DNA from: Octopus sinensis
Taxonomy: Eukaryota
NCBI RefSeq assembly: GCF_006345805.1
Contig: NC_043002.1
Coordinates: 96,658,001 to 96,722,000 of the forward strand
DNA length: 64,000 nt
Direction of reading: 5' to 3'
The notes beneath the pieces are model-generated. The model was given only the letters and a program-made list of their open reading frames with translations, did not search any database and was not told the origin of the DNA. Below are positions 1 to 12,639 of the stretch, one piece after another (the first letter of the stretch is position 1; each line of letters begins with the position of its first letter). A program made the translations under genes and the position numbers.

Positions 1-741
1 TTTCTTAATGTATTTTATAAATTATATTTTTATACTTTGTAATTTTTATATACATTTCATATTTTAAAAAATTATTTGAAACTTTCTATATTTTATCCCA
101 ATCCTGTCCTTCTGCAGTCCCGTTTATAGGGCTGTTCTATCTTTATTCCTTTTTAACTATCATTTATCACTCTCTACGTCCTATCAACTCCTCTATTAAT
201 AAAGTATTAGCGATTTACTGCATATCTTATATAATATTTTGCTTCTATTAATTATAATCTTCTTTCCTTAATTCTTGATCTTAATACCGTAAATCCTCGA
301 GTATAGTCCGCCCTTGATTATAATACGCAGGGAATTTTTAGGGGGCTGTACCTCTGAAAAACCTAAACCATGTGTATAATACACACCCCTTATCTAACTT
401 GAGTCAAGGAGGTCTGTATAACGTCCTTGCTTTGTAAAACTGTATACGGTAACGTACTTTATTATTATTGTATATATATATAACATAATGCAAATGTGTA
501 GCATCTTTGTGCATTTTGTTTGTAGAAAATTAAGAAATAACAGTAATAACGCTTAATAAATGTTGCTTACGGCAAGTTGTGGATGATTCTTTTATGACTT
601 CATTGCTTTCAGACTTTTAAATGACCTGCTTTGAAGTTTTGCATTCGGTAAAATTTTGTTTATTTTAGTAGTTTTGGCCACAAGAGCCCCTGCTAGCGTG
701 CGGTATCTATGAATAGTAGTGCCCTCTATATAATATATATA

Positions 742-773
<32 letters not shown>

Positions 774-1384
774 CACAAGCATATATGTGTACAGGGCGTC
801 ACAAACGGTGAAAATAATGGTAGATTTCGGTATGGAATTTCGTTACGTTCCTTACCATTATCGGCAAGGAGCTTTTTCAAAACGTTATATATATATATAT
901 GTTTCAGACTAATATATATCAGCCGGATCGTGGGTTTAAATGTTCAGTGAAGTACCGGCACATTTTAGGATGGCTTTTGTCATCCACGCTCCGGTTACAC
1001 TTCAGTGGAACTATTTAGTTAATGAATGAATAAAATAACAAGAAGAGAATATAACACCATGGTAGACGACACTGAAGATCTTTAGTGAGACACATCTTTA
1101 TCAATGTACTTCACTAGACATAGACCGCAGTCGATAAAACACAATCTTTTGAAGGAAGTCGCACACATAAAGGACATTTACAGGACGGGCCGAAACGAAT
1201 AAAGCTCAATACCAAATCCATCTTGTCGTTACTTAATTGATATGTATGCATGTATATATGTATGCATGTATTTACGTATGTATCTATTTATGTATGTATG
1301 TATGCATTCTGGTAATAACTGTGTGATTAAATCATCACTCAATTAATATTTTAAACGACTAATTTCGATTCTCATATCTGTTAA

Positions 1385-1915
1385 TTTCAGATGTGTAAAC
1401 ATAAACTTTCATGTTCGAGATGCGTACACATACGCGCATAAGTTGAAATGCTCATAGGCTGACTGTGAATGAGCGATCCTGGCGCTGTGGAGTCTTGCAT
1501 GCATCCATTTCAACTTTTCGTAATAATGACTGTATTGTTTGTTTCCTTGTTGTTCAAATCAACTGTCAACTGTCTATTCAGTAGTTGAAACCTCTCTTGA
1601 ATATGAAAACAATGTATTACCTCCAGGAAAAAAGTTTATCCCCAAACTCATTCACGCTAACACGGTTGGTACATTAGTGGATGGCGATCCATCTTTATCA
1701 ACAAAAGTGAGCGGCTGAATTTTGGAGGGGAATAGAGAATAGTAAAATTGATCCAAGATCTGGACATCCTGCAACACCCACTACCGACAAAAACATTGGT
1801 CATGTTCATCATTTGCTGATGGATAAATGGCGATTGACTATAAAGCAAATAACCAATGCTATTCGCATTCCTCATGAGATAATTGAGAACCAGAAATCCA
1901 TATCCCATGAAATTT
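1385..1915 (+). mobile_element. Decayed mariner transposon (N-terminal HTH region)
   Basis: Plus-strand remnants of the mariner N-terminus (RSGHPATPTTDKNIGHVHHLLMDKWRLTIKQITNAIRI). Homologous to 54170-55010, downstream of gene C. Confidence 0.7.
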
Positions 1916-2113
1916 TTCTGCCCACCAGAATCGTTAGTGCATTTATATGCATTTTTTAAGCACTGAGATTTAACGCTATTGTTGAATATTACATTTTGTC
2001 ACTTAAGTTCAATAAACGAAGAATCCGTCGTTTACTGGGGTTGATATAACCGTCTAGGAGTTGGCGTACATCAACACCACAACTACCGCTGTCTTATGGT
2101 CAGTAATTAAGAG

Positions 2114-2127
2114 TTACCGAACAAGGC
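2114..2127 (-). CDS. Gene A exon 4 coding part: (C)LVR-stop, then 3' UTR
   Basis: Follows a 101-nt intron; acceptor gggatag|GC CTT GTT CGG TAA. The split codon T|GC is Cys. Gene C has the same peptide end. Confidence 0.6.
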
Positions 2128-2228
2128 CTATCCCATTTGAAACAAAGCAAATATAAACCTTCGTTGGGATTTTGATACATTAAACACGTAGTGAAGCGAG
2201 GACAGGAAAACTTTTATTGTCAACTTAC

Positions 2229-2367
2229 ACAAACTTAATTGATTTACTGCCAATTCACCATTTACCCACGTGCATATTTTCCTGGTACAAGTACTGAACT
2301 TCTTTTCCAGCCATTCTTCTCCGTTATAGCGGCAAACATCGTTGGTCAGACATACATGTCCATAACA
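2229..2367 (-). CDS. Gene A exon 3: Cys-rich mature peptide CYGHVCLTNDVCRYNGEEWLEKKFSTCTRKICTWVNGELAVNQLSL
   Basis: Acceptor tttttatttcaag|, donor T|GTAAGT. Lies inside ORF 2128..2385. All five Cys plus R, G, W, L, K, T, K are conserved with paralog 55726-55863. Weak resemblance to VWC/beta-MSP-type C-x-G-x2-W-x-C modules (inference). Confidence 0.75.
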
Positions 2368-2825
2368 CTTGAAATAAAAATACATATATTATGATAATAT
2401 CTACTAAGTAATATAAGATATTTTACAATACAGTAATATAAGTAATATAAGATATTTTACAATACAGATTTTTTATAAACTAGGAGAGGTAAAGATGGTT
2501 TTAGTGATATCCAACAGAGATCATATATTTTGGTTCCTTCCAAATCATATATGAAATTCAGTCGGATCTTTTACCTCTTTCCTGGATCTTGTTTTGGATA
2601 AGACAAGTACATGAGAGGAGTATATTGATACCAATTTAATGAACAGATACGTTCCTCTATAAAGATTTCTCCTATGCACAGGCGTCGTTTGGAAAGACCA
2701 AAAGCCTTCGGTGTCAAGTGTAACATTGCATAAAATATAGGAAACTCCGGTACTCAGGTTTCGGTGTAGACTTTATTTGCTGGCTACAATTTATGAACGC
2801 TAAAAAATAAAGCTATAATAATAAC

Positions 2826-3580
2826 GGTTTCTACTGTCCCGAAAAAAGATCGTTTGAGGAACACTAGAAATCGGGAGAGGCATCTGCCAAGAGAAATGCC
2901 TCTTAACACTGATCTTTTTATTGTGCTTGGTACCAGTAACACTGAGGAAAGCAATGGCTGGGTATGTATTCAAAAGCCGCCAACCAAACGTCAAACACTT
3001 GTTTTTCATGGATGACCTCAAACTTTATGGTAAAGATGAATCCCAAATCAGTTCCCTCGTTGATAAGGTGCATACTTTCAGTGCTGATATCAGAATGGAT
3101 TTCGGACTGAAAAAGTGTGGTGTGTTAGTCTTGAAGAGAGGCAAAATCAAATGTACGGACGGACTAGCGATAACAATGGCACATGTTATGAAACAGATAA
3201 AAGAGACGGGGCTATAAGTAATTGGGGCTATTGGAAATGGATAAATTAATAGAGAAAGAAATGGCAGAAAGGCTAAGGTTGAGTTCTTACGCAGACTGAG
3301 ACTGATACTTAGGTCAAAATTAAGCAGACGGAATAAGATCGAAGCTATCATCGCCTAAACGGTTTCACTCCTTACATATGGAGCAGCGGTAATCACACGG
3401 ACAGTAGATGAACTAAACAGCTTAGATAGAAAGACGAGAAAATTGCTGACTAGATACGTGATACTCTATCCAAAACCTGACACAGACTGTATCTACCAAG
3501 AAACAGAGGAGGAAGAGGACAGATCGGATGCAGACACAGCTTTAGAACAGAAGAAAACAACACAGCATAGAATCTAACAA
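2826..3580 (+). mobile_element. R4/Dong-clade non-LTR retrotransposon RT fragment
   Basis: ORF 2921..3217 contains HLFFMDDLKLYGK and FGLKKCGVL RT motifs. Begins next to a short TAA run. Confidence 0.85.
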
Positions 3581-6420
3581 AATGCCACATAACCACTATT
3601 ATTTGAAGTAAGAAAGTTAGGCTTCTGCAGAAAGGAAGATTGCGAAGATAAAGCACTGTACGTTATTTCAAGATATTTGGCCAGTCTAATTGTGGTTGTT
3701 TTGTATGCTAGTTCAAATTGGATCAGGCCTCGACCTCCTTGGGCTCTGGGTAGGTAAAGGTGATCTACGTCTGCCTTTGGGTGGTGCATCCTATTACAAC
3801 TTAGCAGCTTGCGTATTTTCCTATCTATATTCTCTACTTAACTCATATTCCAGTTCAACACATTGTAGCTATAAGTAACAACTGGAACTGCTAAGGAATT
3901 TATAGCTAACACCTTGATATGTGCATTTAGTTCAGATTTCAGGAATGCACGAAATCTCCTATAACATTCCTTCCTGATCTTCTCTTTCATGCTTGCATGC
4001 TGAATAGCAGAGCCTTCATTTATCCCTGAATATTTGTATGTTTGTTCTTGCTCAAGCTCACTTATGACTGTGTCAACATCTAACACGACTGAATTTATGG
4101 TCTTCACTTTCCCTTTCTGGAAAGTGGCCTTGGCACACTCCTCAAGCCGAAACTCCATCCCGATGTCATCGCTGAATGCTTTCACAGTGCGTAATAGGCC
4201 TTCAAGTTCATTATCGTCTGTACCATAGAGTTTTAAGTCATCCTTATAAAATAGATGGCTTTTTTTTATTGGCAATTTTATACCCATACCCTGTTCTGTT
4301 TAATTCACTTGTAAGGGTATTAGGGCTATGCAGAATATTAAAGGTGAAAGTGTGTCACCTTGAAAAATTCCACAGTTGATGTTTATATTCTCTGAGGCAA
4401 GTACTCCATTAGAGTGGTATAATTGGAGATTTGTATTCCACAGCGACATATTGTGCTTCACGAAGCTTGAATCACAGGAAAATTTTGAAGATGTCCAACG
4501 ATCTCAAGATCCATGGATGCGGTATACTGTCGAAGGCCTTTTTATAGTCAATCCATGCGGAGCTGAGATTTCTGCGCTTGTTGTGACAGTTCTCAAGGAT
4601 CATACGATTAATTAGCAATTGATCTTTGCATCCGTATGAGCCTCGGCGGCACCCTTTTTGTTCGATGGGGAAAATATCGTACTTCTCCATGAATGCATAT
4701 GTTTCTCCACCAGGATAGACGTTAGGATTTTATACGTGGTGGATAGAGAGGTTATAAGCCGATAGTATTTTGGAAGGTTGGTTTCGTTATTCTTTGGGAG
4801 TAGGTAAGTAATACCACTTGCTAACCATTCAGATGGTTATTTTGGGGTCTCTCATAATTCCATTGAGCAGCTGAACTAGCTTACCGTGTGCGCATGGGAG
4901 CGATGCGAGCCAGAAATTCGGCACCCTATCTTTACCTGGGGATTTCCAATTATGGGCCTTCGTGAGTGCCTTCTTAGGTCTGCTATTGTAATGTCTTCCC
5001 ATGCTTGTTGTAAATTTTGGTAGGGTCCTTCTGTTTGTATAATCCAGTCTGCATTTATGTTGTACGTCTTCTTGTCACTCCAAATCCTTTTCCAAAAGTT
5101 TTTAACTTCTTCCATTGGAGGGGGGGGGTCTTTAACGGTTACCTTCTCCTTCCCTGTTTCTCTCTAGAGTTTTTTGGCATTGGATGTGAACAGCTTATTT
5201 TGCTTGTAAAACTTGTTTCTCTTCTCAAATCTTCGTATTCTTTGGGCTTTTGCGTGGACTTTTTGTTTAAGCGTTTCTTTTATTGATATCAGTTCTTCTC
5301 TTGGTGAGGATCCAAATTTTCTCTTCATCTTTCTTCCTGTTCTGGATCTTACATCATTTCCACATATTAGTTCATTTAATATTGATATTTCCCCTCTCAT
5401 AAATTCAATCTCTTTTTCAATTTTACTTCTCCAGGTTTGATTTCTTCCCAGGTTTGGTTTTCTTTGTGTTTTCGGGGGCATACAGCTGGTTTCAATTGCC
5501 CTAGCAGAAGCGTAAATAAGTTCATTTAACTCAGTAAAATCAGGTTTTAATTTTTGTATTATTTCATTTGTTACATATTTGCCAATTTTGATTTGTTTTT
5601 TATTTTGGTTTGTATTTGAGAGTTTATGAAGTGGTTCTCTATCATTCATACTTGTATGTCTTACAACTTCAAGCGTATTCAGGATTTTCTGCCTCATTTC
5701 TTCCATAGACTCTCTGTGTTCTTCAGCAAATGCGAGATCTTCGGTTACTGTTGTTCTATCATTTTCCTGGCTATCTTTAACAGGTTCAATAGAATTTCTT
5801 GTATCTTCAGGCCTTTGCGTACTTTGGTCAGATGGCAGTCTTTCAATTAAGCCTCGTGGCGGGCTATACTGTTCTTCTGATTCTTCATTTCCTTTGTGTC
5901 TTATATTTATGTCATTTTCCGTTGCGTGCTTGATCGCACTTATTTCACTGTCTGTGAGTCTGTTATTTCTAAGGATATCCCTCCTCACATTTGCCAATTT
6001 GTTCTCGTCCAAATAGGGCCTACTGTCTAGATTCCGTGTTCTCCATATATTGTAAGAGTTTGTGGTATGTCTCCCTTGAGATGGCCTACCTAATGCATAG
6101 TAATAAGCGAATATTACTTCTTTATACTCTTCTCGGTCCATTTGTTCCGCTTACATTCTTCTTTCTGTGGTGGTTGTGGTGGTGAACTTGGAGGGCTCGA
6201 GTTGGGGAATTTCCCGTTCAAGTGACCATCCATGTCCGTATTCGGGGAAGAGTTTGTGCCAGTTGATGAATTTTCGATCCCAGGCTGGCTCTTCCCTGGG
6301 GGACGCGCTTCCAGGTTAACCATAGGATAAGCGATTTGGTATACTGATTTAGTTTTCCTTTTAGTTTCCAAAAACATTTTGGTGCTACGATAATGTTATC
6401 ATTTTTGAGCTTTGAGTGGC
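3575..6420 (-). mobile_element. R4/Dong-clade LINE, fragmented ORF (N-terminus plus RT)
   Basis: ORFs 5164..6141 (EEYKEVIFAYYYAL...KLANVRRDI), 4876..5115, 4472..4690 (EQKGCRRGSYGCKDQLLI, AWIDYKKAFDSIPH), 3838..4287 (HLFYKDDLKLY) and 3574..3789 (LYLPRAQGGRGL). Confidence 0.9.
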
Positions 6421-6479
6421 TCGTGGGGAGACGGCCATCGTTGCCGTTACAATTATAATCGTACCATTATAGCAGCCGT

Positions 6480-6570
6480 AGTCGGCTTATTATTGTTATT
6501 ATCATCACCATTATTATCACTATTATTATTATCACCACTATTAATATCATTATTATCATCAGCACCATCA

Positions 6571-6601
<31 letters not shown>

Positions 6602-6830
6602 TGATATTGTTTTATGTGTAGTCACAGCAATATCTTATTGTTATTTTTGTTTTTATCATTATTACCATCACAGTACGTTGGCAGCGGGTTGAGTTGTGTG
6701 TCTGTCTATCTCGTTGGCTAGCTGGCTGTCTTCAACGCCAGAATTCTTGCCTGTCAGATAATACTTTCATTTTGGTTAACATCTAAAGAGCCGAGGTGAG
6801 GTTTGTGTTGGCTGAACTGTGTGTGTGTGT

Positions 6831-6868
<38 letters not shown>

Positions 6869-7213
6869 GTGAGTGTGTGTGCGTGTGTGCGTGTGTGTGT
6901 GTAGGTGTGTGTAGATAGGTAGATAGATTATCAGCACTATTACTATCATTATTATCATCATCAACATCATCACCATCACCATTAGCACCATCATCATCAG
7001 TGATATTGATTTATGTGTACTCATAGCAGTATCTTATTATTGTTATTTTTTTTATTATCACTATCGCCACCACTACTTCCATTGTTTGGGGTAGTGATTG
7101 GTGATGAGGTCATGCTCTATGGGTCTATAAATAGATTCAGCGGATGGTGGAGAGACAGCCCAAGAGACAAAGGACATTAATGGTCAGGAGAGGTCAAACT
7201 TTTCTTTTTTTTC

Positions 7214-7283
<70 letters not shown>

Positions 7284-7285
7284 TG
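6480..7285. repeat. Compound microsatellites (ATC/ATT)n, (GT)n, (TTA)n
   Basis: Directly visible tandem repeats. Confidence 0.9.
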
Positions 7286-7289
7286 TTAT

Positions 7290-8170
7290 TCATTGTCTTT
7301 CCACATCTTCTAATGCTTGATATATACTACGGTACCAGCTGTACACTACCAGTGAACTAAGGTGACATCCTTATTTTTTTAGCACCATCTAGAGTATTCA
7401 AGTAGTTGCAAGCAGTGTTATTTTCTGTAAGTACACCACCCCTATTGCAGCCTTTATTTCTGCCATGTACTTCTCAAGATTTTTACTCACTGTTCCCAGG
7501 GCTCCGACAATTATTGGTACTACTACCATCTTTTTCAGCCATCACAACTGCTTAGCCTCCCAACCTGTCATATCTCTCAACTTTTCTCTCTTCCTTATCA
7601 CATACCTTGTTGTCAGCTGGGTATGCTGTGTCTATGATACAGCATCGTTTGCTTTCATTCTCAATAAACACTATGTCTGGTTCCCTATTCTCTATCTCAT
7701 GGTCGCACTGAATCATAAAATCCCATAGCATCTTAGCATTATCATTTTCAATTATGACAGCGATTTTATTTTCGTACCACTTTTTTACTCTGTGAAGTTC
7801 ATACTTGTTGCAAAGTGCCCAATGGGCAATCCTTGTTATATTGTCATGACTTCTCTGATATTCCTTCTGGGCTAGTGGCGTACATTGATTGGTAATATGC
7901 CGTATGGTTTCGCCATTTTGTCCACAAATCCTATCCTGCACTTATCACTTCTCGATATGTTGGTTATTCTGTATTTGATGTAATTGTTTTTCAATGCTTG
8001 ATCTTGGGCAGCACAGACTAAAGCTTCCGTTTCCGGTTTTCAATCACTTGTAGTCAACCATAGCCATCTTTTTCTCTCTGTCTGTCTTATCTTCAACATC
8101 CCTATGAAATTGTCTATGCATTATTTTCTTTATGCACCTATTTTCAGTTTCATTCATTCTCAAGTACTTC
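7290..8170 (-). mobile_element. R4/Dong LINE 3' part: CCHC knuckle and restriction-like endonuclease
   Basis: ORF 7552..7941: RICGQNGETIRHITNQC, MLWDFMIQCD...EPDIVFI...IIDTAYP. Flanked by (TTA)n on both sides. Confidence 0.85.
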
Positions 8171-8391
8171 TACTCATACCAAAATACGTTACGAAATGTC
8201 TTTTCCAGGTGTTGCTATTAAGCTAGCTATGGCCTGGGCCAATGTGGCCGAAACATATCTAAGTATCTAAGTGTCTTTGCAATCTTCCATTCTACAGAAG
8301 CCTGACATTTTTACTTCCAATCATTATTATCATTATCATTATTAGTATTATTATTATTTTTTAATTATTATTATTATTATTATCATTATTA

Positions 8392-8443
<52 letters not shown>

Positions 8444-8524
8444 CATTATTATCATCATTCCTAAGGTGTCCCCCTCTCTCTCTCCCCCTCCCTCCCCATC
8501 TCACCCCCTCTCTCTTCTTCTCTC

Positions 8525-8560
<36 letters not shown>

Positions 8561-9044
8561 CTCTCCCTCTCTGCAAGGCACTAGTATTAGCTGCTACTAG
8601 AACCATGCTGGATGCCTATTTACACCAAGAGAATCTTAGTCAAACCACCGTAAGCTATAATACTAACGCAATACAATGATATATTTAAAAAAAAGATACG
8701 ACGTGTCTCTACAACTTTTAATTTATTTCTCGATAGAATCTTTTCCTGTTTTGGCAGTAAGGTGCGCTACTCTCTCGATGGTGATGCGCCCGCCCTACCC
8801 ACACCCTCTACCATCTTCCCATATGTTCAATATCTATTCCGCTTCAGTGTTTACAACCAACCCTAAGCTGTCCTCCAATCCCACCTGTCGGTCTGAATGG
8901 ATCATACTAAACTTGTTATGTTAAAAGTCTTCCTCGCCTCCCTACTTAATCTTCCCTTTCCGTTTTCATTTATTTTCTCTCTCTCTCTCACTCTCTCTCT
9001 CTCTCTCTCTCTTTCTCTCTTCTATTTCTTTTTATTTTTGTGAA

Positions 9045-9690
9045 TGTCGAGGGAAATTGAGGGAATTTGTGAGGGAAATTGAGCGCTCAGTGCTTATAAA
9101 ATGCCCCAATGGCCTGCACAAGACCTGACACTCATGACCGACTGCATCGCCAAACCAACAGGAGAAGAGAGGAAAAGGCGCGTATCGCGGCGCCGTCAAA
9201 TAACCAGTGCTCCGAGTAGGCTGTACTCGTTAACCTTGTATGGCAAGAAGCCTAGGAGAAGGACCACTCTGAGTTCAAATCGAGGGAAGCAGAGCCCCTG
9301 CCATCTTGGAAAATTACCTTCATAGAAATGGTGTCTTTATAAAAGTACCGTTGTTAATAACCTAAAAGTATACCTCGGTTTTGAGTGAAAATAGGAAGCA
9401 AAATAGATACCGATAACGGCATAAACGAGATTGGAATCAGCATCCGGTACGTGCTCCATTGTGATCTAGACACTACTAACCATGCTACAAGATACAAAGG
9501 GAGTAAACAAGACAACATGATGGTTTTGAAGTGTTACTACCGAAGCACGCCAGTGGATGCAAATGGCATGCTTGTCAGAGGGTACAGAAAACGAATGCAC
9601 AGTGAATGGAAGGCAAATGGTTCTGTTTGAAATTACTGATCAAAGATTTATGTGACCAAGCTCACTGGACGGGAGTATATTATTAGTTAC
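9045..9690 (+). mobile_element. R4/Dong LINE 5' fragment
   Basis: ORF 9385..9630 contains DNMMVLKCYYRS...GYRKRMHSEW, typical of the R4/Dong N-terminus. Confidence 0.7.
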
Positions 9691-9714
9691 GGGCGTATTT
9701 AAAATGTGGGAATG

Positions 9715-10090
9715 GAAGCACTCCGTCGGTTACGACGATGAGGGTTCCGGTTGATCCGAATCAACGGAACAGCCTGCTCGTGAAATTAACGTGTAAGTGG
9801 CTGAGCACTCCACAGACACGTGCACCCTTAACGTAGTTCTCGGGGATATTCAGCGTGACAGAGAGAGTGACAAGACCGGCCCTTTGAAATACAGGTACAA
9901 CAGAAACAGGAAGTAAGAGTGAGAGAAAGTTGTGGTGAAAGAGTACAGCAGGGATCACCACCATCCCCTGCCGGAGCCTCGTGGAGCTTTAGGTGTTTTC
10001 GCTCAATAAACACTCACAACGCCCGGTCTGGGAATCGAAACCGCGATCTTATGACCGCGAGTCCTAACCACTGGGCCATTGCGCCTCCAC
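9715..10090 (-). mobile_element. tRNA-derived SINE (octopus type)
   Basis: Head GGCGCAATGGCCCAGTGGTTAGG...GGTTTCGATTCCC carries A/B boxes. Further copies at 57545-57830 (+) and 61020-61110 (-). Confidence 0.8.
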
Positions 10091-10374
10091 ATTTAAAATG
10101 TACGGCAACATTGGTTATTATTGAAGTAAATGAAACTATCGTAAATAAACAATATACTAACAATAATTTGACAACTTCGATATCATTGGATATTTTACAC
10201 ACAGACGCAAATATATATGTAGGCGTGTGTGTATATGTTTATCCCTTGTATTTAATCATTTAAACTCTTCTCCTGGTATGTATGCATGTAACAGAGATTT
10301 ATTATATATATATGAATGTACGTATGTACACATATACACATGCAAGTATATAGATTTATATATATGTTTCTTTA

Positions 10375-10665
10375 TTAGCCACACAGGGCTGAACACATAA
10401 ACTTAGATAAACTTAGATGTGTTTCGACCAATGATTGGTCCAGGCCATGTCTAACTTAATAGCACCACCTGATAGCATTATTTGAATCCTGTTTAAGTCA
10501 AGTTTTGTTTATTGTTGGGTGAGTTGAATCCAATTATGGGTGGCTTATCTGGTATTCTTTGAAGGAATCTATCCAGACTCCGATTAAAGTTGATGGGATC
10601 CTGTTCCTCTTTGATGTCTTTCGGGACAATGTTAAATAGGGCAGGGCCTGTTGAGGAAAAGAAAT
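10375..10665 (-). mobile_element. CR1/L2-type LINE 3' end
   Basis: GPALFNIVPKDIKEEQDPINFNRSLDRFLQRIPDKP. Same 3' end as the element at 20715-22085. Confidence 0.75.
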
Positions 10666-11035
10666 TATGTTGTAGTGTACATGTATGCTGTGGGGGACAA
10701 ATTACAATGTTGGGGCTTTTCTTTTTGTGACAAAAAGAGAAAAGAAAACGACAAATAAAAAATAAAATGGGGGTAAGTTTTCGATCAAAAGGGATCATTA
10801 AAAAAGAAAAAAATCGAATATATATATTTCTGTGTGCGTATGTTTGTGAGTGTGTGTGTGCGTGTGTGTGTGTGTGTATTAATATATACATACACCTGTG
10901 CATACTACTCGTTCAATGAAAATCAAGTATCGGCAATTGTAACACAATCAAAACGTGAAAACTTTGAGTCAAAAAATTGTAAAATTGGTGCCCAGGCATT
11001 TCGAAATGTATTTTCATATATGACTGGCAACTTAC

Positions 11036-11112
11036 GGTTCTGTTTCCTAACGTAGTACCTGTTAATGCTATTAAAGTCAACAAGCAAAAAGCTGAAGTTG
11101 TGTCATATTGAT
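11036..11112 (-). CDS. Gene A exon 2: signal-peptide-like exon (xQYDTTSAFCLLTLIALTGTTLGNRT)
   Basis: Acceptor ttttgtacttccag|, donor ACC|GTAAGT, 77 nt. The hydrophobic open frame ends in phase 0, matching the phase-0 start of exon 3. Exon and flanking intron are homologous to 60275-60352. The ATG at 11106 is out of frame with this reading. Confidence 0.65.
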
Positions 11113-11372
11113 CTGGAAGTACAAAAGTAATTTGAGGTGATCGAACTGATGTTTTTATATTTCAAGGAAAAAGAGGAACAACACATAGAGATACGTGAGT
11201 GTATGCATTCTATACGCATATATTCGTGAGGCTGTGTGTATGTCGGTGTGTGTGCGCGTGCGTGTATTTATATATATATATATATATATATATACAAGTA
11301 CTTTTACATATAAGTATATATATATGTATATGTATATATGTGTATAAATATATATATATATGTATATATATG

Positions 11373-11477
<105 letters not shown>

Positions 11478-11979
11478 CAGTAGCCTGTGCAGAATCAGGT
11501 ATATATATATATATAATTCATGAAAACAAACTTCCAATAAGTCAGGTGTAACCCTACAGCGTTATATGCATCTACATATCGTACTTTGGGGTCTTATCGT
11601 ATATTTATATATTTATCTATAAATATACAAAGTATCTGATAAAAGTCAATATTCAATTTTGGGGGATTAATCGATACGCGGGTATTCTATTCCAGATAAT
11701 GCAAAAATAACCTCATGAGTATATCTTACAGTAATCTCATGGTATCAGTTTGCACTTCACGAAATAATACTAAAAGGATATAACCAAAATGTCATGCTAG
11801 GTATATAATGTAGTTCATTAATTATATCATACTTTAGTTAATACTTATATTTATTAAATATGAAGGAACTACAAGTGTTTCAGTATTGGAAGATTACAAT
11901 ATATATACATATACATGATTGTATACCCATATATATATATATATATATATAATATATATACATATACATGATTGTATAC

Positions 11980-12018
<39 letters not shown>

Positions 12019-12639
12019 TAAATACATATATGCAATCGTCAGATGTACAATTATTCGAACACATCTTCATGTTACATTTCAATATATTATATATCTAATT
12101 TTACATCCCTTTAAAAATAAGCAATACAATTAAATATAAAAGATTAAAAATTATGAATAAAAAATTAAGAATAAAAATTATACATTCTAAAATTAAGAAT
12201 TAGAATTATACATTATAAATATGAATATCAATCAAAATATATATCAATCAAAATATATATCAATCATGTAAAATCAAATATACATCAAATACAGAATGTG
12301 AGATATAAGGTTAAACATCAGAATAAAGATGTCTGTGCTTAAATTGTGATATAGAACAAGAAAAATTCAAATACATGTCTTCCTTATTTTGCTGGTACTA
12401 AAATGGAGATTGGAGGAAGAAGATAGCAGGGAACTATAGATGTTTATGCGTGATTTGTACCAAGAGGTGTAATTACACTATAAATAGTTTTAATTTTAAA
12501 TTATCCTTTATTATTTTTTTTAATTTACCTATATTGGGAGGTATATCTAATTTGTTATTATATATTTTTAGTAATATTTATTTTATTTTTATTTGTATTA
12601 TTGCATTATTTATTTATTATTTTTATTCTTTTATATAAT

